Part shown: positions 1-7,681 of the stretch, one piece after another | Numbering within the stretch: position 1 is the stretch's first letter | Layout: each line of letters begins with the position of its first letter | NCBI GenBank assembly: GCA_032128875.1 | Contig: JAVLKG010000002.1 | Location: 832,001-896,000 of the forward strand | Origin: Candidatus Melainabacteria bacterium 17Bon1m | Lineage (GTDB): Bacteria > Cyanobacteriota > Vampirovibrionia > Obscuribacterales > Obscuribacteraceae | DNA: 64,000 nucleotides | Direction: 5' to 3' | Translations under genes and position numbers: made by a program | Notes under the pieces: generated by a model | The model's database searches: none | Seen by the model: the letters and a program-made list of their open reading frames with translations, nothing else | What the model was told of the DNA's origin: nothing

Positions 1-226
1 CATGTCTACTGTTTTTGCCTGAGCTATTCGCTCTTTCAGACTTGTTCTTGACTGTGTTTTGGATCTTGTCCTTGTCGTTCTCTTTTTCGTTCGATTTGGC
101 GTCAGCCTTATTTCCTGTGATGCCGACCATAAGAGCAGTGGCAATTCCCGAGAGAAGGTCACGCCTCGGTAGGCGCTCACCGTTCATAACAGATGACGAA
201 AACGGCAGGTTTTGAGAAAGCTCCAT
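1..226 (-). CDS. 5' part of a probable Tat-exported protein (runs off the window)
   Basis: Manual translation from ATG 226 gives MELSQNLPFSSSVMNGERLPRRDLLSGIATALMVGITGNKADAKS..., open to the window edge. It has a twin-arginine RRDLL motif, a hydrophobic stretch and an ADA cleavage site. Confidence 0.65.
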   Translation of the reverse strand, partial: MELSQNLPFSSSVMNGERLPRRDLLSGIATALMVGITGNKADAKSNEKENDKDKIQNTVKNKSERANSSGKNSRH

Positions 227-357
227 GCTACATACCCGACTAAAAGGGCGACAGCGAGATTTTAGCATTGTATAAGTTTTGCCGGCATCCCCTGTAAGTC
301 TTTGCTGGCGGACCTTTACGAGCAGAATTATTGGTTTTGACTGGCTTGTTCGCTCGA

Positions 358-381
358 TAGCAAAGTGATATCATTTTGCTA
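358..381. promoter_or_regulatory. 24-bp palindrome, candidate operator of the SPFH/Arc-like operon
   Basis: TAGCAAAGTGATATCATTTTGCTA is a dyad with one mismatched pair, 37 bp before the SPFH start codon. Confidence 0.55.
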
Positions 382-418
382 GCGGTTCGATATTAATTCC
401 GCAGCGAGGACATCGAAA

Positions 419-1309
419 ATGACACAAGAAAAACTCCACTGGCACTTAAGTGGTATCGCCGCATGGCTAGGCTTATTTGTCTTGCTGGCAATTATAGTTT
501 TCAGCATTGCATCGATCGCAAACATCATCTCCGGCTTTGCCACTCTGTCCATCAAGGATCCAAGCTTGTTGTATTTGCCGGTCGCGGTGCTTGTGGTGTC
601 GTGTTGGCTTCTGGGCGGATTTACAGTCATTCAACCGAACGAAGCGCTGGTGCTGGTTTTTGTAGGTAATTACAATGGCACGGTGAAGAACAACGGCCTT
701 GTACTGGTGAATCCTCTTTGTTCAAGAAAGCGCATCAGTCTCAAGTTGCAAAATTTGCATAGCGATATCCTTAAGGTCAATGACAAAAAGGGCAATCCCA
801 TAGAAATCGGTGCGGTTATCGTTTGGCAGGTTGCCGAGCCTTCTAAAGCAATTTTCGATGTGGATAACTACGCTTTTTTCGTCAAAATTCAAAGCGAAGC
901 AGCAGTGCGTCATCTAGCCAGCTCGTATGCGTACGACAGCGATGATGACCAGCACACTTTGCGCAGCAGTATTGACGAAGTTTCTCAGGCTCTGCGTGAT
1001 GAATTGAACCAACGTCTTGCCATCGCTGGTATCTCTATTCGCGAGGCTCGCATCGCACACCTTGCGTATGCCCCTGAAATTGCCAATGCCATGCTCAAAC
1101 GCCAGCAAGCCGAAGCTATAATTTCTGCAAGGCGTGCCATCGTCACTGGTGCAGTAAACATCGTGTCCGATGCATTGAAAGAACTGACTGCAGCGCAAGT
1201 CGTCAACCTTGATGACGAACGCAGGGCTGCCATGGTCAGTAACTTGCTTGTCGTTCTGTGCAGTGATACTCAGGCTCAGCCGATCGTGAATGCTGGTTCG
1301 CTGTATTAA
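419..1309 (+). CDS. SPFH (band 7) domain membrane protein
   Basis: Two N-terminal TM helices, KVNDKKGNPIEIGAVIVWQV, HLAYAPEIANAMLKRQQA and a C-terminal AQPIVNAGSLY typical of this SPFH subfamily. Confidence 0.92.
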   Translation: MTQEKLHWHLSGIAAWLGLFVLLAIIVFSIASIANIISGFATLSIKDPSLLYLPVAVLVVSCWLLGGFTVIQPNEALVLVFVGNYNGTVKNNGLVLVNPLCSRKRISLKLQNLHSDILKVNDKKGNPIEIGAVIVWQVAEPSKAIFDVDNYAFFVKIQSEAAVRHLASSYAYDSDDDQHTLRSSIDEVSQALRDELNQRLAIAGISIREARIAHLAYAPEIANAMLKRQQAEAIISARRAIVTGAVNIVSDALKELTAAQVVNLDDERRAAMVSNLLVVLCSDTQAQPIVNAGSLY

Positions 1310-1416
1310 AAGAGATCTCTGAATTATCCGATTCTCCGTATAAAGCATAACCACTAAACGACTGGACGAGCGAGCAACCGAGCAGCCCGATAGCCAAAAG
1401 AAAATAGAGGATTCCC

Positions 1417-1614
1417 GTGTCTCGAAAATCATTTCTTCTGCGAATAGATCAAAAGCTCTACGACGAAATCGAATCGTGGGCACAGCAAGAAATGCGCAGT
1501 GTCAACGGGCAAATTGAGTACATACTTCGCCAGGCGACCCTTAAGTACAAGGGAAAGGGCGGCATCCTCGATTTGAGAACCGGGCAGAAAGAGATGAATG
1601 ACACCCTGGATTGA
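1417..1614 (+). CDS. Arc-like ribbon-helix-helix DNA-binding protein
   Basis: RKSFLLRID...WAQQEMRSVNGQIEYIL is an Arc/RHH signature, and this type of gene commonly partners this SPFH subfamily. Confidence 0.85.
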   Translation: MSRKSFLLRIDQKLYDEIESWAQQEMRSVNGQIEYILRQATLKYKGKGGILDLRTGQKEMNDTLD

Positions 1615-1860
1615 GTGGGTTTCCTGGGTGCCGCGGTATGCGTTAGTCTCGGAAATCTTGCCAAGCAGTCCTGTTTTTGCTGGCTTATCGACATTAAACG
1701 TCCGCGCAGGTGGCATCAGTACACCGCAAAAGCCTGTCGACTGTATATCTTGCATCTTTTTAGGCAGACGGATTTCACATCGTAAGTTATAGTTATCAGT
1801 TCTGACTCTAGATTTTGAGTCAAGAACTTCTCATAACGGTAGCTCTCAGTCAAAAGTGTC

Positions 1861-3045
1861 ATGACTTCAACAATGTCCAAAACAGACGGTCTTCCAGCAC
1901 ACCTTGCAAAGCACCTGTCGCTGTTTTCAAACGATCAAAAGAAGTGGCTTGCCAAGTCCGCTGCCTTTGCCGATTCGATTTCGATGGAGGAGACCAAGCG
2001 CTCGGACACTGAGAATACTTTCCGTCGCGATCTTTTCGAAGCCGCATGCAAAGACGGTCTGGGCGCGCTGCCCTTTCCTTCGACTTACGGCGGCTCAGGT
2101 GGTGACTACTTGAGTTTTGTTCTTGTTAATGAAGAGTTCGCGCGCCGTTGCGTTCCGGTGATGAGCTCTCTGGGCGTGCACGTACTCTGCCAGGAGCCTG
2201 TCTACAAGCACGGCACCGAAGAGCAGAAGCAAAAGTATTTGCCCAATTCTGCCAATGGAAAGTATTTGGCTGCATTCGGTTTGACCGAGCCTAATGCCGG
2301 TTCCGACACAGCTGCAATCGCCACCACTGCAAAACTTTCAGGTGACGAGTACATCTTGAATGGGACCAAAACGTTTATTACCAGTGGTGCTTCAGCCGAT
2401 TATTTCATCGTGATGTCCAGGCTTCTCAATGAAGATGGCAGTAAGGAAGGTTCGCCAGGTATTACCGCTTTCATCGTCGAGAAAGATTTCAAAGGATTTG
2501 AAATCGGTCAGAAGTTCGACATGCTGGGAATGCGTGGATATTCGACATGCGAGCTTGTTTTCAGTGATTGTCGCGTTCCTAAGGCAAATATTCTAGGAGC
2601 ACCTGGAGACGGACGGAAGGTGGCATTGGGCAGTCTCGCCAAAGGTCGAGTAACTATTGCTGCCCAGGCTACGGGTTGGGCGCAAGGTGCTCTGGATGCG
2701 GCGTTGAAGGTAGTGTCTGCATCAGGTGGAGCGGATAATGGACAGCTCGACTATTTGATAGGGAGCCTGGTTCTTCTTGTAGAGTCCGCTCGTGCGCTCA
2801 CTTATCAGGCGGCACGCAGCGTGGATTCCGGAGAGGCTGATGTAACGCTGGCAGCAATGGCCAAAATTCAAGCTACTGACGCTGCGATGAAAGTGGCAAC
2901 GGAAGCAATCTCTCTGGCTCAGCAGAGGGGTCTCGAGTCTGATCTATTGTTAGAGCGCATTTTCCGTGATGCTAAAGCTGGACAAATATACGAGGGCACT
3001 AATCAGATTCAGCGTATGCTGATTGCTAGAAGCTTGCTGAAGTAA
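1861..3045 (+). CDS. acyl-CoA dehydrogenase family protein
   Basis: Motifs AFGLTEPNAGSD, LNGTKTFIT and IYEGTNQIQR. Confidence 0.92.
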   Translation: MTSTMSKTDGLPAHLAKHLSLFSNDQKKWLAKSAAFADSISMEETKRSDTENTFRRDLFEAACKDGLGALPFPSTYGGSGGDYLSFVLVNEEFARRCVPVMSSLGVHVLCQEPVYKHGTEEQKQKYLPNSANGKYLAAFGLTEPNAGSDTAAIATTAKLSGDEYILNGTKTFITSGASADYFIVMSRLLNEDGSKEGSPGITAFIVEKDFKGFEIGQKFDMLGMRGYSTCELVFSDCRVPKANILGAPGDGRKVALGSLAKGRVTIAAQATGWAQGALDAALKVVSASGGADNGQLDYLIGSLVLLVESARALTYQAARSVDSGEADVTLAAMAKIQATDAAMKVATEAISLAQQRGLESDLLLERIFRDAKAGQIYEGTNQIQRMLIARSLLK

Positions 3046-3071
3046 AAGCGAGCATTTTCTGAAGAACCAAT

Positions 3072-3665
3072 GTGATGGAAAAAACACCTGAAACACATGC
3101 AGCAGATATTCAACGCAGCGAAGCTGCTGCAGCTTATACTGCGGCATACAGCGGGCCTATTTCAGGAGAGTTGATTCCTGCCCAGTATAAAGTCGGCGCA
3201 GTTTTGGTTTTGATCGCGCTGGCGGTTCCTGTTTTTATGCAACCGAATTTGGTATCAGCGGCCAAAGTGCTGATGTTCTATTTCATGCTATCTGTCGGCT
3301 TAGTCTGCCTGGCTGTCTTCTTTTTCCAGGGCTGGATTCTGGATAAGCTTAGATTGGCTGAAGATATCGCCGACATGGTTCAAGATGAAGCGACTGTTCA
3401 ATTGACTATGGTGAATCACAAGCTGGCCGATTTGAATTATCGTTTTGTTGAAAAACATGATGCATCCACAAGTGAGATGTTGCCTGACTTTCTGAAGAAT
3501 CTCACGCCTTTTGCAATGCTGTTTTTGAATAAAGAAAAGAGCATGATGCGCTGGGCGACTTTGGGCATGAAATTTGCTAAGAGCGCGATGGATCTATATA
3601 AAGCCCGCGAGAATGACTCGAATAGGCATGTCTCACGTGACTATAGAACGCGTGATATTACATGA
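3072..3665 (+). CDS. hypothetical membrane protein (2 TM)
   Basis: 197-aa ORF with two hydrophobic segments; its stop overlaps the start of the next gene (ATGA). Confidence 0.7.
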   Translation: MMEKTPETHAADIQRSEAAAAYTAAYSGPISGELIPAQYKVGAVLVLIALAVPVFMQPNLVSAAKVLMFYFMLSVGLVCLAVFFFQGWILDKLRLAEDIADMVQDEATVQLTMVNHKLADLNYRFVEKHDASTSEMLPDFLKNLTPFAMLFLNKEKSMMRWATLGMKFAKSAMDLYKARENDSNRHVSRDYRTRDIT

Positions 3666-4762
3666 CCTCAAATATTTCCCAGGGCGTTCAGTCCGAGCCA
3701 GCTTTTAATTTCGAAGCGTATGTCAGTGCGCGTAAATCTCTTATAGAAGAACGTCTGGATCGCTATCTCACATCCGATAAGGGTGGCGTTCTCTGGGAAT
3801 CTATGCGCTATTCCGTCCTTTCGGGTGGTAAGCGTCTGAGAGCTATTCTTTGCCTGGCGGTTGCAGAGGCAATGGCGTCCAGCCGACTTGATGTTCAACT
3901 GGGACCTCAAGGCAGTCTGGCAGCAAGCCATGAAATACAGAAATTGGACCTCGCCGATATTATTGAAATTGCCCTGCCTTGCGCGTGCGCAATTGAGATG
4001 GTGCACGCGATGAGCTTGATTCACGATGACCTGCCTGCGCTTGACAATGATGATTTGAGGCGTGGCAAACCTACAAATCACAAGGTTTACGGAGAAGCTG
4101 TCGCCTTGCTTGCAGGTGATGCGCTGTTAATGTTGGCAAATCAGATCCTTATAGAAGAAACTCCTCGCAGTGTGGATTCCGACACGCTGTTGTCAGTAGT
4201 CTCTGAATTGGCTCGTGCAACCGGTCCTGATGGCATGGTCGGCGGCCAGGTTGCCGACATGATTTATACCGGTGTGCCCGGAAGAGACGGTACTGGTGGC
4301 GGTAAAGATATGTTGCAAAGGGGCGAGATTGCAACAGAATTTCAAGATAGTGTCGATGGGCAGGCGGTTCTCACTGCCAATGTTATGGAAGAGATACATA
4401 GAGCTAAAACCGGTGCGCTTATTAGGTTTTCCGTCTGGTCCGGTGCGCGCCTGGTAGGGGCTCCGCTTGACAGGCTTGATAATTTGGCGCTGTACGGAGA
4501 GGTCCTGGGCCTTGCCTTCCAGATTGCCGACGACCTTTTAGACGTGACCGGCGATGCTGCTACTCTGGGTAAGACACCCGGGAAGGATGAAGCTGCCGAC
4601 AAAGCAACTTTCGTACGTCTCTTCGGCGTCGATGGAGCGCGCGAACGATTGAAAGGTTTGGAAGAAACAGGATTGCGGCTTGTTGAGGAGTGCTGTACTG
4701 ACAAGAGCGGTGTCCCGGCTCTTAAAGCGCTTCTCCAGTATGCTATTCACAGGTCGAATTAA
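3662..4762 (+). CDS. crtE: polyprenyl (geranylgeranyl/farnesyl) diphosphate synthase
   Basis: Motifs GGKRLR, SLIHDDLPALDNDDLRRGKPTNHKVYGE (FARM) and FQIADDLLD (SARM). It is followed by DUF212 as in cyanobacteria. Confidence 0.9.
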   Translation: MTSNISQGVQSEPAFNFEAYVSARKSLIEERLDRYLTSDKGGVLWESMRYSVLSGGKRLRAILCLAVAEAMASSRLDVQLGPQGSLAASHEIQKLDLADIIEIALPCACAIEMVHAMSLIHDDLPALDNDDLRRGKPTNHKVYGEAVALLAGDALLMLANQILIEETPRSVDSDTLLSVVSELARATGPDGMVGGQVADMIYTGVPGRDGTGGGKDMLQRGEIATEFQDSVDGQAVLTANVMEEIHRAKTGALIRFSVWSGARLVGAPLDRLDNLALYGEVLGLAFQIADDLLDVTGDAATLGKTPGKDEAADKATFVRLFGVDGARERLKGLEETGLRLVEECCTDKSGVPALKALLQYAIHRSN

Positions 4763-4780
4763 CGGAGTCTTTCACTGTCT

Positions 4781-5359
4781 ATGGATTTTTTGTCAGTACC
4801 GCTTTCTTGGCTCGCAGCACTTTATGCGCAAGCTTCTCCCGGTACACAAGCCGCCGTTCAAGGCGCAATGCAAGGAGCGGTGCAAAACCCGCCTCACGAT
4901 CAGCGTGGTTGGCAAGTGATAGTCGTCACTGTGGTGTGCAGTTGCATCGCGCAGTTGGCTAAGATTGTCACTAAGCTGGTGCGCACAGGCCATCTCGATT
5001 TGAGATTGATCGCCAAAACCGGTGGCATGCCGTCCAGTCACAGCTGCTGCACCGTTGGAATGGCAGTTTCGGTGGGACTTATCGAAGGTTTCAATTCAGT
5101 TTCATTCGCTATCGCTTTGGCCTTTGCGATGATCGTTATGTATGACGCGGCAGGCGTAAGACGCACAGTAGGACTGCAAGCGAAGGTTTTGAATCAGATC
5201 ATGACTGAGCTGTTTTCGGAGCATCCGAAGCTCTCATCCGAGCGCATTAAGGAATTTCTAGGACACACGCCGGTCGAGGTATTGGTCGGTGCAGCCCTCG
5301 GAGCGGTCATTGCAGTAGTATTCAATAGCTGGTCTCTGAGCGCGTTTCCACGAGTTTGA
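4781..5359 (+). CDS. divergent PAP2 family protein (DUF212)
   Basis: Motifs TGGMPSSHS, IVMYDAAGVRR and LGHTPVEV. Confidence 0.92.
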   Translation: MDFLSVPLSWLAALYAQASPGTQAAVQGAMQGAVQNPPHDQRGWQVIVVTVVCSCIAQLAKIVTKLVRTGHLDLRLIAKTGGMPSSHSCCTVGMAVSVGLIEGFNSVSFAIALAFAMIVMYDAAGVRRTVGLQAKVLNQIMTELFSEHPKLSSERIKEFLGHTPVEVLVGAALGAVIAVVFNSWSLSAFPRV

Positions 5360-5455
5360 TCAAAGCGCCGCTGTGTCTAAAACGCTGCGCTTTATTAAAA
5401 ACATGTGATACATGACTACTGCTCTATTCCGGTAAAGTTGCACTATAATCAAGGT

Positions 5456-5821
5456 CTTGGAAAGGGTTGCCAGGAAAACTCTTAGAAAACCTCAAATGAG
5501 GAAAACGCTAAGAGGAGGGAGCTGGAGGTTATTTCCTCTAGTTTGTCATGCGCTCATTTTGAGTGTTGAACCTGGAAGAGTTTTCAAGAAGTCCGTTGAA
5601 CGCGTTCTCTAATATGCGCGGTAATCGACGGAGTGCGTTGGGAGGTAGCAAAAGCTACGGGTTACAGGCAGCAACGCTGTCGTAAAACAAAAAGCGAAGC
5701 TGCCGTTTAAAAGTAAAAGCAAGCTAGAACTTGCGATACCAGTCGGGTTCCGATTTTCTCAGAAAAGGAGGAAAGGCAGAACAATTAGTCGAAGCATAGT
5801 GCTCTCGTTATTGCTGCTGCC
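5456..5821 (+). ncRNA. candidate structured RNA or long 5' leader
   Basis: TATAAT at 5444-5449 is followed by a dense series of stems (listed in findings), and there is no ORF of 60 aa or more in 470 bp. Confidence 0.4.
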
Positions 5822-5830
5822 GAAAAGTCA

Positions 5831-6421
5831 ATGAACACAACGGTGCAAACAAACACTTCTGTGAAGACAACGTCCCCTCGCCGTTCCCGTTTCCCCGGCA
5901 AGGAATCAGGGTCGGTTTCATTCAACTTGACCGCTCTTGGCCGTCAACTGTTGAAGGAACAAGCGGCGTCTGCAGGCGTGTCAAACGGCGATTACGTCGA
6001 AATGCTCATCCGTGAGCGCGCTGGCATGAACCCCCTCAGACTTCCTGCTTCCGCTAAGCAGACAGGTCCTAAAGGTGGCGCCAAATCGTTCTTCTTCGGA
6101 AAGAATAGAGGTACAACAACCGCAGTATGTGTCACACCTATGGCACACAGACTGCTCGATGAACAAGTAGCTGCTTCTCGCATGAGCCGCGGCGACTATA
6201 TCGAGTATCTGCTGCGCGAAAAAGCAGGCTTGCTCGATGAAAGCATCAAAGCCGCTGTAGCCGCTGCTCAAGCACAAGCAGCACAAGCTCCTGCAGCTCC
6301 GATCGCTCAACCGCAAACCTCTTTTGCCCCCCCGGTACAAGAGCCGGTCGCTGTAGAACCAACTCCATACGTTCAACCGTTCCAAACACCGGTTACGAAC
6401 GACTGGGGATTCAACAGCTAA
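5831..6421 (+). CDS. protein with two tandem ribbon-helix-helix (CopG/Arc-like) domains and an Ala/Pro/Gln-rich tail
   Basis: Internal duplication SVSFNLTALGRQLLKEQAASAGVSNGDYVEMLIRERAG / TTAVCVTPMAHRLLDEQVAASRMSRGDYIEYLLREKAG, each with a beta-alpha-alpha pattern. Confidence 0.7.
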   Translation: MNTTVQTNTSVKTTSPRRSRFPGKESGSVSFNLTALGRQLLKEQAASAGVSNGDYVEMLIRERAGMNPLRLPASAKQTGPKGGAKSFFFGKNRGTTTAVCVTPMAHRLLDEQVAASRMSRGDYIEYLLREKAGLLDESIKAAVAAAQAQAAQAPAAPIAQPQTSFAPPVQEPVAVEPTPYVQPFQTPVTNDWGFNS

Positions 6422-6460
6422 CCTTGTAAATCCAACAGTACGTTCCTCCTTTCGTTTCTT

Positions 6461-6498
6461 GGAAGGTCCCTGCTTTGACGCAGGGACCTTTCCTTTTT
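6461..6498 (+). terminator. intrinsic terminator
   Basis: AAGGTCCCTGC-TTTGAC-GCAGGGACCTT followed by TCCTTTTT, 40 bp after the stop codon. Confidence 0.8.
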
Positions 6499-6539
6499 GA
6501 TATTTGGACTTGGTTGTCCAGAAGTTTGAAACTGCTAGG

Positions 6540-6674
6540 TCTCAGCAATCTGAGGAGACTGCAAAATCTCAGCAATCTGAGGAGACTGCAAAGTCTCGGC
6601 AATCTGAGGAGACTGCAAAGTCTCGGCAATCTGAGGAGACTGCAAAGTCTCCCCCATCTGAGGAGACTTCAAAG
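6540..6674. repeat. tandem repeat, 5 x 27 bp
   Basis: Unit TCTC(A/G)GCAATCTGAGGAGACTGCAAA(A/G) at 6540, 6567, 6594, 6621 and 6648 (last copy diverged), with a partial sixth copy to about 6690. Confidence 0.95.
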
Positions 6675-6695
6675 TCTTCCCAGTTAAGGAACCTA

Positions 6696-7517
6696 TTAAT
6701 CTCCCGACGCTCCGATACTGCGGGTATTCGATTTGTCACCCGACTTGGTTTCGCATTGATCAAAACTGCGCGTCTCTACGGCTTGTACGCTAGAGTTTTC
6801 GGCGGATGCCGCGGTACTAGCATCGCCGCCCCTTAGTTTTGCATCATATATGCCACCATTCGATTTTGACATTTTTTCTGACCGCACCGCCTGTGGTTGC
6901 GTAAGTCTTTTGCCGTTGGTGGATGTGAAAACGCTCATCATCTGCCGATTTTGCGCTATCGGTCTAGCTGCCAATTTGATGTCGTCGGACCATTTGAACT
7001 CGTTCAGCTTAGAGAGATCCAAGTATTGATTGTGCTGCCCGACGAAGTCTTTCATCATCGAAAATCTCACGGCAAAAGGGATTTCTGCCTTACTCAGCCC
7101 TTCTGCCCTTCTAAGGCCTTCTGTCTTTTCTTTTGCGTGAACCGCCGTCTCGTCTTGTTTTTGCCAGACGCTTGATTCATTGTCTGCCAGTGCCACCACA
7201 TTTAGTGAAGCAATTAATCCCACAGCGGCCACTGCAGACAAAAAAAGATTGGAAAGCAAACGCCCATCCTTATGGAGCGTGAAAAACGGCTGAATGGGCG
7301 AAACGCGTTTTTCCGCCGGGTGCCCCCATCTCGAGCGGCGGTAGCTTGTCTGAATCTTTCCGTCAGCCGAATATTCTGCTTTGAGCTTTCCTACCCACCA
7401 AAGAACGAGTGGATCTGGTTGCTCTTTGCCGAGGCCGCGTCTAGTCTCATACGGCTGACCGGTGCTACCGCCGCTTTTGCCGAACTCTATATAAGGATTG
7501 TTTTGCCCTGAACTCAT
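6696..7517 (-). CDS. hypothetical membrane-anchored protein
   Basis: Long ORF with an AGGAG RBS before ATG 7517 and one hydrophobic segment LLSNLFLSAVAAVGLIASLNVVALA; the start is uncertain. Confidence 0.6.
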   Translation of the reverse strand: MSSGQNNPYIEFGKSGGSTGQPYETRRGLGKEQPDPLVLWWVGKLKAEYSADGKIQTSYRRSRWGHPAEKRVSPIQPFFTLHKDGRLLSNLFLSAVAAVGLIASLNVVALADNESSVWQKQDETAVHAKEKTEGLRRAEGLSKAEIPFAVRFSMMKDFVGQHNQYLDLSKLNEFKWSDDIKLAARPIAQNRQMMSVFTSTNGKRLTQPQAVRSEKMSKSNGGIYDAKLRGGDASTAASAENSSVQAVETRSFDQCETKSGDKSNTRSIGASGD

Positions 7518-7681
7518 ATCGCAACTCCTCTTCGCCAGTGGCTTTCGGAGCTCCGGCTGTAAATACAGACTATCGGAAATAAACATGCGCTTATATAGGC
7601 CCATACCTGAGCCCGAAGCGCTTCGCCCCCTGAGTCCGTGCCAGGGTTATTACTGAGTTTTTTGGTCAGCTTGCGCTTGTG

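Noticed and set aside
6540-6690. CRISPR array
   Set aside because: The 27-bp units are contiguous with no unique spacers, and there are no cas genes in the window.
6504-6836. ORF encoding SQQSEETAK repeats
   Set aside because: It starts right after a terminator, has no RBS and overlaps the convergent gene. Several frames are open simply because the unit is 27 bp and stop-poor.
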